From assembly GCA_964403295.1 (NCBI GenBank), contig CAYOFT010000003.1, positions 1 through 63,145 on the forward strand: a stretch of DNA of 63,145 nt, given 5' to 3'. Made by a program: the position numbers and the translations under genes. The DNA is from an uncultured Thermotogaceae bacterium (GTDB lineage Bacteria; Thermotogota; Thermotogae; MWEM01). The notes under the pieces were generated by a model. That model searched no databases. It saw only the letters and a list, made by a program, of their open reading frames with translations, and had not been told where the DNA came from. Shown piece after piece: positions 9,538 to 19,581 of the stretch (position 1 is the first letter of the stretch; every line of letters begins with the position of its first letter).

Positions 9538-11913
9538 ATGAATAGAATTGATTTTTTAAAACACTTGGAAGAAAAACCTTTGTTGTTAGATGGCTCATAT
9601 GGCGCACAATTCTTCAAGGCCGGATATACTGATTTACCGGGCGAAATGCTTAATTTAAAAGCGCCTGAAGTTGTTTATAACCTTCAAAAAAAATATATCG
9701 AAGCTGGTAGTAATATTCTACTGACAAACACATTCAGTGCTAATCGAATAAAACTTGCCTCCTTAAAAATAGAAGAATATACAGAAGAAATTAATAAACA
9801 AGCGGTTTTTTTGGCAAAAAAAGCTACTGGAAATAAGGCTTTCGTTTTTGGTGATATTTCTTCAACTGGAGAATTTCCTCAACCTGTTGGTCATTTTCCT
9901 TCCCAAAAGATTTACGATGCTTTTTATGAACAGGCGAAATTATTAGATCAATTTGGAGTTGATGGATTTATTGTTGAAACAATGTCTGATCTAAAAGAAT
10001 TAAAACTCGCCATAATGGCTATTCGAGATATTACTACAAAAAAACCATTAATCGCACACATGACTTTTGACAAAGATGATAATGGCAAATCACCAAGAAG
10101 CGTTACTGGAACACCAGTTGAAGTCTTTGCTAATCTGATGAATGACTTGGATGTTGATGTAGTGGGAATCAATTGCAGTCTTGGACCCAAGGAGATGTAC
10201 TCTGTTTTTGATAAAATGTCTCAATTCACAGAAAAACCCTTAAGTGTAGAACCTAACGCTGGAAGTCCAGACCTTGTTGATGGTCGCCTTATTTACAAAA
10301 TGTCCCCTGATGAATTCAGTGTTTACACAGCTGATATGGTATTTAAAGGTGCTTCAATAATTGGCGGATGTTGTGGAACAGGACCTGAACACATAGAAGC
10401 ATTGAAAACTTTAGTGGATAAAAATCCCGATTTCGTTTATGATGAAGGAAAAAAAAGGGCACAAGGTTCATATCATTTAAAGCATGAATTATGCTATCTC
10501 TCTTCAAGGACAAAACTGACTTCCATTGAACCATTTACACCTATAGGAGAAAGAATCAATCCTGCTTCAAAAAAGGGCTTTCAGGATGAAATAGAAAATT
10601 TTTACTTTAAGCGTATCTTAAACCTCGCTAAAGAACAAGAATTGGAAGGAGCAAAATTATTAGATCTGAATTTTGGGATAGAGAAAATCCTATCGCCACA
10701 ACATTTCAGACAGGTGATTATAGATCTGGATAAAATATCTTCTCTTCCATTGTCGTTTGATATACAAACAAGCAAGTATTTGGAAGAAGCGCTTTTTGAG
10801 TATCCGGGAAGGCCATTAATCAATTCAGCAAAGGTTACAGAAAAAAGCATTAGTCGTAAAGCTTCCCTTTTAAAACGTCATGGCGGCATGCTTATTCTGT
10901 TGGCTATGGGAAAAAAGATACCTGAGACAGCTGAAGGTCGCTACCAACAAATAATGGAAGGTATCAAAGAACTTGAAAGGCTTTCTATCTCACGTTCCAG
11001 AATCCTGGCTGATCCACTTGTCCTTTCATTAGGGGCTGACAATGACCCGGCGATAACTTTAAAAACCATTGAGATGCTCCATAAGGCGGGAATCAAAACA
11101 ACGATGGGTTTATCTAATCTTAGTTTTGGAATGCCCGAACGTAAGGGAATTAACGCAGCATTCCTCGCACAATCTATAGGTAAAGGACTTGACAGTGCCA
11201 TTATGAATACAGGTGACAAACAACTGCTTGCTATAACCAAAGGAGCCGTAAAACTAAGAGGTCAGGATTTGACTGAGTCCAAAAAAATTGAAACTGAAAA
11301 TGTTTTTGTCAGGTCCTTATTAAACGGTGAAATCGAAAAACTAAACAAATTAGTTGATGAAGAATTAAAACAAAAATCGCCTTTAATGGTTAGTCAACAG
11401 ACATTGGCGAAAGCCATGAATGAAATTGGTGATTTATATGCAAAAAAAATGATCTATCTTCCACATTTAATTCTCGCTGCTGAAACATCAAAACCTGTAT
11501 TTGAACGATTAAACAGCATGTCGGATACCGCCATCAAGGCCATTGGCAAAGTCGTTTTGGCAACTGTTGAAGGTGATGTCCACGATATTGGAAAGAAGAT
11601 TGTAGGAACTGTCTTATCCAGTGGAGGGTTTGAAATAATTGACATTGGGAAAGACGTGTCTTCTGAAAATATTATAGAGTCGTTAAAAAAACATCAACCA
11701 GATATATTAGGCTTATCTGCAATGATGACAACTACTGTGGAAAAAGTTAAAGAAGTTTCTGAACTTATAAAAAAAGAGGGCATAAATGTCCTGATCATTT
11801 CAGGAGGTGCTTCGATGAATAAACGATTAGCCGAAGAATTTGGTTGCCAGGGTTATTCAGATGATGCTTCAGGAGCTTTAAAATTATGCAGACAATTACT
11901 GAAAATAGAATGA
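9538..11913 (+). CDS. metH: Cobalamin-dependent methionine synthase lacking reactivation domain (TM0268-type)
   Basis: LLLDGSYG, GINCSLG and GGCCGT Zn ligands, IGERINP pterin domain, GDVHDIG B12 motif; start at ATG 9538 after GGGGGG. Confidence 0.93.
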   Translation: MNRIDFLKHLEEKPLLLDGSYGAQFFKAGYTDLPGEMLNLKAPEVVYNLQKKYIEAGSNILLTNTFSANRIKLASLKIEEYTEEINKQAVFLAKKATGNKAFVFGDISSTGEFPQPVGHFPSQKIYDAFYEQAKLLDQFGVDGFIVETMSDLKELKLAIMAIRDITTKKPLIAHMTFDKDDNGKSPRSVTGTPVEVFANLMNDLDVDVVGINCSLGPKEMYSVFDKMSQFTEKPLSVEPNAGSPDLVDGRLIYKMSPDEFSVYTADMVFKGASIIGGCCGTGPEHIEALKTLVDKNPDFVYDEGKKRAQGSYHLKHELCYLSSRTKLTSIEPFTPIGERINPASKKGFQDEIENFYFKRILNLAKEQELEGAKLLDLNFGIEKILSPQHFRQVIIDLDKISSLPLSFDIQTSKYLEEALFEYPGRPLINSAKVTEKSISRKASLLKRHGGMLILLAMGKKIPETAEGRYQQIMEGIKELERLSISRSRILADPLVLSLGADNDPAITLKTIEMLHKAGIKTTMGLSNLSFGMPERKGINAAFLAQSIGKGLDSAIMNTGDKQLLAITKGAVKLRGQDLTESKKIETENVFVRSLLNGEIEKLNKLVDEELKQKSPLMVSQQTLAKAMNEIGDLYAKKMIYLPHLILAAETSKPVFERLNSMSDTAIKAIGKVVLATVEGDVHDIGKKIVGTVLSSGGFEIIDIGKDVSSENIIESLKKHQPDILGLSAMMTTTVEKVKEVSELIKKEGINVLIISGGASMNKRLAEEFGCQGYSDDASGALKLCRQLLKIE

Positions 11914-12021
11914 CATGCCGATAAGTTTGGAGCAAAACGACAAGAAAAGAACCATTTTTGTTTAGTGTTATAATAGATAGGCTGATTATTACATTAGAAA
12001 ACCCTGTTATGAGGCGATCGA

Positions 12022-12495
12022 ATGAGGGTAAATCCACCAAATAGTAACATTGATAAAGACAAAAAGACTGAAAAAGCCAAAAAAAGGAGATTGAAAGGTT
12101 CCAATTCTAAAACAGAAAATTCAGACACTTGGTCAGGCTTTATTGATATGCTGGGAGAAGTAAAACTGGATCAAATCGAAGAAGAAGCAAAAAAATACCT
12201 TCAGTATGTTTTAAGTGCTGGAAACAGGTTTTCAAGATCTCCCACACACAGAAATTTTCAAGGTTATCGTGATTCCTTGAAAAAATTTTTACAATTTATT
12301 GAAAAAGGGCTTTATAAGGTAAAAGAAGATATGGGTATGGATGTTGATTATCCAAAATTGTACATGGTGGCGGAAAAAGTAGATGAGAAAATCCATCATC
12401 TGGCTGGGCTTTTAATGGATAACGAAAAAAATACCATGAATTTTGCAGGAAAGGTTGAAGAGATTAACGGTCTCGTATTGGATATATACAGATGA
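12022..12495 (+). CDS. yaaR: YaaR/DUF327 family protein
   Basis: AGNRFSRSPT..N...Y...LKKFL, EINGLVLDIY; yaaR-holB-yaaT gene order; extended -10 TGTTATAAT at 11966-11974. Confidence 0.8.
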   Translation: MRVNPPNSNIDKDKKTEKAKKRRLKGSNSKTENSDTWSGFIDMLGEVKLDQIEEEAKKYLQYVLSAGNRFSRSPTHRNFQGYRDSLKKFLQFIEKGLYKVKEDMGMDVDYPKLYMVAEKVDEKIHHLAGLLMDNEKNTMNFAGKVEEINGLVLDIYR

Positions 12496-13643
12496 TAGGC
12501 TCTACGGTTATTGAAGATAAAATCAAAGAAAGATACAAAAATGAACTAACAAATCTTTTCTCATTAGCAGATTCAAAACAGATACCGGCTATTTGCTTAA
12601 CTGGGAATGATAGAACGTTATTAAATTGGTTTCTGAAGTTGTTTTTATCTGCTTATGAAGAAAGAAATTACAGTGAAATTATCAACAGCAATGATTTTTA
12701 TGAAATTGTATCCAGTTCACAGTCAATTAAAATTGATGATATTAGGAAATTGATAAAATTTTCGACGTTGAAAAAAGAACATTTAAAACATAAATATAGT
12801 ATTATTCAAAACATCGAAAATGCTAATATATACGCTCAAAACTCCCTTTTAAAAGTCATTGAAGAACCAGGAAATGATACGTTATTTCTTTGTACAAGTT
12901 GTGCTCATGCAACTTTGTTGAATACCATCAGAAGTCGATTATTTAGTATCAACATCCCCAACAAGCCCTTAAAAGATTTGGATACTTTATTTTGTGATGA
13001 AATTAGATGGTTGGCAAATACATCTTTTGATGTTTTGCAGGATTTTTCTCAATTATCGAAAGCCGAACAGAAACGATACATCACCACTATCAGAAACAAA
13101 ACCTTATATGAAATTACAGAGGAACTTCTCCAGAGTTGCGGTGAATATGAATTGGAGTTTAAGACCGGCATCACACTCCAAAGAAATTCTTTAAAACAGT
13201 TATACGCATTAATTTTTATTGAAAAAATGATAACGGATATCATATTTCATTCCTCTGAAGAAGTTCAAAACCTGATTATTTATTTTAAAGCTTTAATAAA
13301 TAAAAAAAGTCTTTACAAGGGTTCACATGAAATAACATCAACAACTTCATTTAATAACGCCTTTTTTAAAGGGTTATTTTCGATAACCGAAATGATTATT
13401 TATATCATGATGAATTTTCAAGAAGGGATGTTATTGGGGACTTTGAGTTATACCAATTTGACAAAATTATGCCTTAATCTCCCTCATAAACTTAAAAAAA
13501 ATAATATTTATAACTATATCAGGTTTTTGGAAGAAATAAAAAACATCAATCAATTATCTTTAAACAGCGAATTGCTAATGATTAATTATATCTTATTAAC
13601 ACAGAAAATATTTAATGAAAGCGAGTGTAAAAAATGGGAATGA
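12492..13643 (+). CDS. holB: DNA polymerase III delta-prime-like subunit
   Basis: IKIDDIRKL, AQNSLLKVIEEPG, LLNTIRSR; Walker A degenerate. Confidence 0.8.
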   Translation: MIGSTVIEDKIKERYKNELTNLFSLADSKQIPAICLTGNDRTLLNWFLKLFLSAYEERNYSEIINSNDFYEIVSSSQSIKIDDIRKLIKFSTLKKEHLKHKYSIIQNIENANIYAQNSLLKVIEEPGNDTLFLCTSCAHATLLNTIRSRLFSINIPNKPLKDLDTLFCDEIRWLANTSFDVLQDFSQLSKAEQKRYITTIRNKTLYEITEELLQSCGEYELEFKTGITLQRNSLKQLYALIFIEKMITDIIFHSSEEVQNLIIYFKALINKKSLYKGSHEITSTTSFNNAFFKGLFSITEMIIYIMMNFQEGMLLGTLSYTNLTKLCLNLPHKLKKNNIYNYIRFLEEIKNINQLSLNSELLMINYILLTQKIFNESECKKWE

Positions 13644-14509
13644 TTGCAAAAGTATACGAGGTCGAATTCCTCGAATTTGGAAAAAAATATTATTTTACAT
13701 ATGAAGGGAAACTTAACAGAGGAGCCAAAGTTTTAGGTATGAGCTTTTTTGGACTTGATGTGGGAAAAGTTATAAAAGGTCCAAAAGAGGTTGATATGGA
13801 AAGAATAAATTATGAAGTTAAACCACTATTAAGACCTTTGACAAAGGAAGACTTGGAAACTGAACAAAAAAATAAAATTGATGCTGAAGAAGCTTATGGA
13901 ATATGTAAAGAAAAAATTCATATTCTTAAATTACCCATGAAATTGTTGAAGGCACAGTATATGTTTGATCGCTCCAAGCTTCTTTTCTACTTCAGTGCAG
14001 AAGGTCGTGTTGATTTTCGAGAACTTGTCAAAGAACTTGCACATACATTTAAGACGCGCATAGAACTGAGGCAAGTGGGCGTGAGAGACGAGTTAAAATT
14101 TATTGGAAGCATTGGTATGTGTGGACAACCGGTTTGCTGTAGAAGATTCAAACGTGAATTTGATAAGATTACTCTTAGAGATGCAAAAAGACAACAAATG
14201 ATGATCAATCCCGCGAAAATATCTGGACAATGTAAAAGATTGCTCTGTTGTTTAAAGTATGAATTGGATAACTATGAAGAAATTTTAGCTGATATTCCAG
14301 ATCCTGGTAGTATTATTCAGTATAACGAAGAAGTATGCAAAGTGTTTGGCTGCAATATCTTCAAAGAGTTCGTTTCTGCTTCAACAGATGACGGAAATAA
14401 ACGAGAGATACCATTCGCTTATTTCAGGGAAAGAAAAGATTCTATAATTTCCAAGCCTGTTTCATCTGATGATGATCTAGAAGAATTACCTGAAGAAGAT
14501 GAGGAATAA
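13640..14509 (+). CDS. yaaT: PSP1/YaaT (RicT) family protein
   Basis: YFSAEGRVDFRELVK, RIELRQVGVRDE, GMCGQPVCC, KISGQCKRLLCCLKYE; ATGA overlap with holB. Confidence 0.92.
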   Translation: MIAKVYEVEFLEFGKKYYFTYEGKLNRGAKVLGMSFFGLDVGKVIKGPKEVDMERINYEVKPLLRPLTKEDLETEQKNKIDAEEAYGICKEKIHILKLPMKLLKAQYMFDRSKLLFYFSAEGRVDFRELVKELAHTFKTRIELRQVGVRDELKFIGSIGMCGQPVCCRRFKREFDKITLRDAKRQQMMINPAKISGQCKRLLCCLKYELDNYEEILADIPDPGSIIQYNEEVCKVFGCNIFKEFVSASTDDGNKREIPFAYFRERKDSIISKPVSSDDDLEELPEEDEE

Positions 14510-14512
14510 TAG

Positions 14513-15124
14513 ATGTCTGAACCAAAACATGATCATTATTACTCCAAAGATCCAAAGTCAAAGTTGATAATTAAAGAAACTGATTTACAGTTAAAAAATG
14601 GCCACAGTTACAAATTTAAGAGTCCTTCCGGTGTTTTTGCATTTGGTAAAACAAACCGAGCCACAGCATGTTTGCTGGAAAACCTTCAAATCAACGGAAA
14701 AGATTTGCTGGATTTGGGGTGTGGATATGGAATGGTAGGCATTGTATGTGCTAAAGAAAACCCTTTTATAAATCTATATATGAGTGATATTAACCACAGA
14801 GCTGTAAGATTCGCAAAAGAAAATGCTCTAAATTATAACCTTGAAGCAGAGATTAAATCAGGTGATCTATTTACACCATGGAAAGATTATCTGTTCGATA
14901 TGATTTTATTTAATCCCCCAATGGCAGCCGGAAAAGGTGTTTGGATGGAGGCAATAGAGCAATCTTATTATTTTCTTAGGGAAACCGGAACCATTCAAAT
15001 AGTGGCTTATCATAATAAAGGCGGAAAGAGGATCATGGAATACATGAAGGAAATTTTCGAAAACGTAAAAACATTAGTAAAAAGCGGTGGCGTAAGAGTT
15101 TATTTATCAAGAAGGCATAGCTAA
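14513..15124 (+). CDS. Class I SAM-dependent methyltransferase, RsmC/MTS-like
   Basis: SGVF, LLDLGCGYG, NPPMAAG. Confidence 0.88.
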   Translation: MSEPKHDHYYSKDPKSKLIIKETDLQLKNGHSYKFKSPSGVFAFGKTNRATACLLENLQINGKDLLDLGCGYGMVGIVCAKENPFINLYMSDINHRAVRFAKENALNYNLEAEIKSGDLFTPWKDYLFDMILFNPPMAAGKGVWMEAIEQSYYFLRETGTIQIVAYHNKGGKRIMEYMKEIFENVKTLVKSGGVRVYLSRRHS

Positions 15125-16170
15125 TGAAAAAATCGAATACCTTTTTTTACGTTTTATTGGCAATTATAATAATTGGAATTTTCTCTTTTCTTTTACTAGA
15201 AACGGGAAAAAAATTAAAAATAACTTATTTAATTCAATATGAGAAAAACTCTTCCATTTCACAAGATTACGGTTTAATATTCCGTGAAATCACTGAATTT
15301 ACAAATTTACCGATGAATCAATTGGAATATCAAATCATTTATTATAAAAATTTTTTAGAATTTAATAAGCAGTTAGAACTAGCTGTCAAATCAAGAGCAT
15401 CAAATATCATTTTTTGTCATTTTGAACAAAAAGAAACATACGATTCTTTTTTGAAAATGAATGATTATCAATCTCCATTGTATTTGACTTTTTTTAAAGA
15501 TGTGGTTCTCCAAAATGATCCTGTAAAGGAATTATTATATCTTACACCACCCTCAAAGATGATTGCTGATGCTATAAATCAACTATTCCAAGTTGATCAA
15601 AATCACAACATTCTTCTAATCAATAATAAAAAATACGCTTTCAGAAATTCTGAAATGCAAGCTCATCTTAATGGACAGAAAACAACCATTAGTATAGATG
15701 AAGATGAAGATCTTAAATCATCGATTAACTCTATTGGAGATATTCTCTCTACTATGAACCCGGATTACATCTTAATTGATTTAAACGAAGAATCTACAAT
15801 CGCTTTGTTGGAAAAGATTGTTGGTTTCCCACGTGACAACATCATATTATTTTCTAAAAATACCAGCCGAAAAGTCGCGTATTATACTGGTTCTAATTCA
15901 TATGGCGTCAACGGGATTACTTTCACAAACCCTTCTCAAAAAAATGATTTTAATAATAAAACAAGCCTTTTAAAAAAGATCAGTGTAACGGTAGCAGATT
16001 GTTTTATTCAATTCAATAACGTCGGGATCAAAGAGCTTAAACAATATCTGGAAGAAAATCCCAGCTCGGATTTTAACTTGATTAATAATATGATTTTAAC
16101 ACCGGTTTATCGTGTTTCATTCACTGAAACTGGATTGAAAGTTATCGATAAAATCGATTTGGCAAAATAA
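15124..16170 (+). CDS. Membrane-anchored type 1 periplasmic-binding-like protein
   Basis: Single N-terminal TM; alternating alpha/beta pattern (NILLIN, NPDYILID); weak resemblance only. Confidence 0.45.
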   Translation: MKKSNTFFYVLLAIIIIGIFSFLLLETGKKLKITYLIQYEKNSSISQDYGLIFREITEFTNLPMNQLEYQIIYYKNFLEFNKQLELAVKSRASNIIFCHFEQKETYDSFLKMNDYQSPLYLTFFKDVVLQNDPVKELLYLTPPSKMIADAINQLFQVDQNHNILLINNKKYAFRNSEMQAHLNGQKTTISIDEDEDLKSSINSIGDILSTMNPDYILIDLNEESTIALLEKIVGFPRDNIILFSKNTSRKVAYYTGSNSYGVNGITFTNPSQKNDFNNKTSLLKKISVTVADCFIQFNNVGIKELKQYLEENPSSDFNLINNMILTPVYRVSFTETGLKVIDKIDLAK

Positions 16171-16182
16171 AAAAGGAGAAAT

Positions 16183-17961
16183 ATGCGAGATAATAAAACC
16201 ATGTTTAAAATTACGTATAACGGATTGAGAATCTTTTGGATTTTAGTCTATTTAGTTTATATGTTTTTCTACGGTTTTACAAGTTATAATGCAATCAATG
16301 AAACTCTTGTATCTCGTACAACTTACCTTGTAAATTTATTTGACACCCTGTACAATCAAAACGCTATTCAAATGGTCTCGAATCCTGAAAATTTTAAAAG
16401 AGTTGTGGTTTCAGATATTGAGGGAGAAATCCTACTCCAGTACGGTGAACTGATACCAGCTCTCACTAATTTGGAATACAATGAGCTTTTCAAACAAATA
16501 CAAACGGATAAAATTGTGCTGTCAGATTTTTATTTTGACCCGTTAATTGACGAAACGTGCTTTGATATGGGAATAATAGAAAAAAACAGAGTATATATCG
16601 GAACACTCTCTGCTCAAGATTTTTTGAAAGATAACTTAGAAAATCTCGAATTAGATCATTTTCTAATGTTTGATTCTCATTTTAATGGATTTATGTTTAA
16701 AAATAATCATATCTCACCGATTAATTATTTTGAAAAAGACCAAATAAATTGGATAACAAAATTTCTTTTCTTAACAGATTCGACAATGTATCTAAGCCAT
16801 TGGGAACAACTGGATAATTTTCAATACATCTCTTATATCCCTTTCGTTAAAGAAATTATTCCCTTATTTATTTACTCCATTATACCATTCGGTCTTGGGC
16901 TTCTGACGATATTCCTAATAGAAACAACAGAAAAAAAAGAAAGCAAAAAGAAAAGAAAAGAGATGGAAAAACAATTATCCTATATTCTCAAAAACAACAA
17001 AGTTCCAGAGTCATTAAAAGATTTCGATAGTTTTAAAAACGATTTATTCCAAAAACTTAATGACAAATTTCTTGATAATGAAAAAAACAAGAGAGATATG
17101 AAGCGATATGTGGAGAAACTATCTTTATATTCTGAGCGGTTAGTTGAAATAAAAAATGATCTGGAATATCTTGAAAAAGATTTTTATAATTTAATGAATC
17201 AAGAATATTTTGATTTTTCCGAATCCATTAAAAACCTTTTTTGTATAACTTTCGAGAAAGCAGAAGCAAACATGTCTCTGGAGTTAAAGATTAATGATCA
17301 AACGATTTATAAAAAAGATGCTGAAACAGACTTAAGTTGCTTTTCAGCCCAAGAGTTAAAATCATTCAATACATTAGAACTCGGAAAGCATACTATCAAT
17401 TATTATGTTGATTTTTCGCCTAAAAGAACCGCTGAATTTTTGGAAATACGTAAAACTTTATTTGAAATATCTTCCAGATATCTTGCATTAATATATTCGG
17501 TTAAAAAGGGTTTGAATCCTGATGAATTGAGTTTAACAAAAAACTTTACCATTTTTAGTGAGATGGTTAATAGAGAAATAGAAAAAGTGAAGCGTTATGA
17601 TGAAAAGGGTATGTTATTTTATTTTGAAATGTTGAATTATTCCACTATTAAAGACAAATATGGGGTTTCAGTTTCTAAAATTATCCTTAAGAGAATTTCA
17701 GAAATTATCATTTCAAAAGTAAGAACAAGTGATATTGTGGGGATTTACAGGGAGGGTACTTTTTTAATTTATTTCTGTAATCTTGAGGAAAATGATGCGA
17801 AATATAAGATTGAAAAAATCTATGATAATATCCTCAATGATGAAAAAATAAAACAAATTGGAATAGATATAGAATTGAAAAACTTAATAATTTCAGTTGA
17901 TAATCAAACAAAAAACTTTGATGATCTTTTATTGAAATGTTTACAGACCGAAAAAAAATGA
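16183..17961 (+). CDS. Membrane sensor: TM-dCache-like-TM-coiled coil-degenerate GGDEF
   Basis: Two TMs flank a Cache-like domain (VVVSDIEG, VLSDFYFDP); C-terminal VRTSDIVGIYREGTF aligns to R..D.vaRyGGEEF. Confidence 0.7.
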   Translation: MRDNKTMFKITYNGLRIFWILVYLVYMFFYGFTSYNAINETLVSRTTYLVNLFDTLYNQNAIQMVSNPENFKRVVVSDIEGEILLQYGELIPALTNLEYNELFKQIQTDKIVLSDFYFDPLIDETCFDMGIIEKNRVYIGTLSAQDFLKDNLENLELDHFLMFDSHFNGFMFKNNHISPINYFEKDQINWITKFLFLTDSTMYLSHWEQLDNFQYISYIPFVKEIIPLFIYSIIPFGLGLLTIFLIETTEKKESKKKRKEMEKQLSYILKNNKVPESLKDFDSFKNDLFQKLNDKFLDNEKNKRDMKRYVEKLSLYSERLVEIKNDLEYLEKDFYNLMNQEYFDFSESIKNLFCITFEKAEANMSLELKINDQTIYKKDAETDLSCFSAQELKSFNTLELGKHTINYYVDFSPKRTAEFLEIRKTLFEISSRYLALIYSVKKGLNPDELSLTKNFTIFSEMVNREIEKVKRYDEKGMLFYFEMLNYSTIKDKYGVSVSKIILKRISEIIISKVRTSDIVGIYREGTFLIYFCNLEENDAKYKIEKIYDNILNDEKIKQIGIDIELKNLIISVDNQTKNFDDLLLKCLQTEKK

Positions 17962-17986
17962 AAAAGGAGCGAACTCCTTTTTCATT
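17957..17986. terminator. Bidirectional intrinsic terminator overlapping both stop codons
   Basis: AATGAAAAAGGAG-CGAA-CTCCTTTTTCATT perfect 13-bp inverted repeat. Confidence 0.75.
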
Positions 17987-18221
17987 AAACTCCCAACATT
18001 CTATCTATTCTACCCCTGTTAAATCCTACCATAACCTGGTTACCGATTTCTATAACAGGAACGCCCATTTGACCTGTTTTTTTGACCATTTTTTCTGCAG
18101 CGCTTTGGTCTTTGGAAACATCGTAATTTTTAAAGGGTATTCCAAGTTCACTAAAATATCTTTTTGCTGATGTACAATGTGGACAACTGGGAGTTGAATA
18201 GATAATTATTTTTTTGTGCAT
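17985..18221 (-). CDS. Glutaredoxin (YruB/NrdH-like), 78 aa
   Basis: YSTPSCPHC, GQMGVPVI, GFN; start at ATG 18221 after GGAGG (the track ORF is over-extended). Confidence 0.92.
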   Translation of the reverse strand: MHKKIIIYSTPSCPHCTSAKRYFSELGIPFKNYDVSKDQSAAEKMVKKTGQMGVPVIEIGNQVMVGFNRGRIDRMLGV

Positions 18222-18235
18222 AAAAACACCTCCGA

Positions 18236-18260
18236 AATTATACCCCCTTAGGGTATAATT
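18236..18260. promoter_or_regulatory. CsoR/CstR-family operator-like palindrome overlapping divergent -10 boxes
   Basis: AATTATACCC-CCTTA-GGGTATAATT, perfect 10-bp arms with central C/G tracts. Confidence 0.65.
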
Positions 18261-18305
18261 ATTGACGAAGATTAACAAAAAATATTTCATTGATAAGGAG
18301 ATAGA

Positions 18306-19571
18306 ATGTCTTTTACTGTAACTGAAATTCTTCAAAAAGCCAAGGAAATAGTCGAGACAAATGAAGAAATTGGGGGTTTTATCCAAATTAAAGGAGAAGT
18401 TGGAACTTTTAAAGTCTACGGAAAACATGCATATTTAAATTTAAAGGATGAAAGCGCCATATTAAAATGTGTTTATTTCATGGTCCCCTCAGAAATTTCC
18501 ACAAAGATAAAGGAAGGCAGTATTGTTGAGGTTTATGGATATCTTTCAATATATGACATAAGAGGGGAATTGCAATTTTATATCAAATCTATGCGAGAAA
18601 TCTCCAAAACTGGTTTGCTTATGTTGGAGTTTGAAAAGATCAAAAACCAATTGATAACAGAAAATATCATACCCAAAACACCTGAAGAAAGAAAGGTTTT
18701 ACCGAAATTCCCTCAAACGATTGGTGTGATTACTTCAAGGAACGGAGCAGCTTTGCATGATGTTTTGAAAACAATAGAAAGAAGATATCCACAATGCATG
18801 ATTCTTCTATTTCATACCGGCGTACAAGGAAATGCTGAAAAAGAAATTGTTAGAGCTTTAACTACAGCAAACTATTCAGAAGCCGATTTACTTTTGCTGG
18901 TTAGAGGTGGTGGTTCCATTGAGGATCTTTGGTGCTTTAATCATCCCAGTGTAGTTAAAGCGGTTCGAAACAGTCAGAAACCTATTGTTGTTGGTGTAGG
19001 ACATGAGACAGATCATACACTTTGTGAATATGCTGCTGATTCTATTGGTTCAACACCAACTGCGGCAGCGATGATCGCTACACCTGATTTAGGGTCACTT
19101 GTTGAGTCAAAAAAAAGCGAACTTGAAAAAATCTTTATCTTAATAGCCAAAAAAACGGCATACTGCAAATCAGCCTTAAACCAACTCATGAATACAATAC
19201 ATTATTTGGATCCTGCAAAAGTAGTTTCTACCAGTCAACGCGAGATGACTGTTTCTATTGAAAGGATTTCACTTGCTGTTGGAAACAAAATTGTTCGAAA
19301 CCTGAACCTGTTGTCTAGCATAAATAAACATCTCAAAAGACCTACAGCATCGTTAAAATTTAAACAATTGGAAAACCGTTTGATTATAAGTTCGGAAAAA
19401 ATTAAAGCCAATGATCCGAAAAGGTATCTGAATAAAGGTTTTGCCAGAATCGAAAAAGACGGATATATTGTAAATAGTGTGGTACAATTAAAAACGGGTG
19501 ATTCAATCCAATTCTACCTGAAAGATGGAATTGCCCATTCAGAAATATCTAAAATAATAAAAAATAGATAG
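18306..19571 (+). CDS. xseA: Exodeoxyribonuclease VII large subunit
   Basis: OB-fold start, IGVITSRNGAALHD, RGGGSIEDLWCFN, GVGHETD. Confidence 0.95.
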   Translation: MSFTVTEILQKAKEIVETNEEIGGFIQIKGEVGTFKVYGKHAYLNLKDESAILKCVYFMVPSEISTKIKEGSIVEVYGYLSIYDIRGELQFYIKSMREISKTGLLMLEFEKIKNQLITENIIPKTPEERKVLPKFPQTIGVITSRNGAALHDVLKTIERRYPQCMILLFHTGVQGNAEKEIVRALTTANYSEADLLLLVRGGGSIEDLWCFNHPSVVKAVRNSQKPIVVGVGHETDHTLCEYAADSIGSTPTAAAMIATPDLGSLVESKKSELEKIFILIAKKTAYCKSALNQLMNTIHYLDPAKVVSTSQREMTVSIERISLAVGNKIVRNLNLLSSINKHLKRPTASLKFKQLENRLIISSEKIKANDPKRYLNKGFARIEKDGYIVNSVVQLKTGDSIQFYLKDGIAHSEISKIIKNR

Positions 19572-19581
19572 AGGGGATAAA

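Noticed and set aside
11917-11924. Perfect sigma-28 -10 box GCCGATAA upstream of yaaR
   Set aside because: The -35 position reads ACTGAAAA rather than TAAAGTTT, and a good extended sigma-70 -10 lies at 11966-11974; left unsupported
17985-18428. 147-aa version of the glutaredoxin and other over-long starts in the track (310, 2918, 9481, 22432, 32289, 54340, 55945, 58236, 62396)
   Set aside because: Extensions overlap neighbouring genes or promoters; downstream starts have proper RBSs or stop-start coupling
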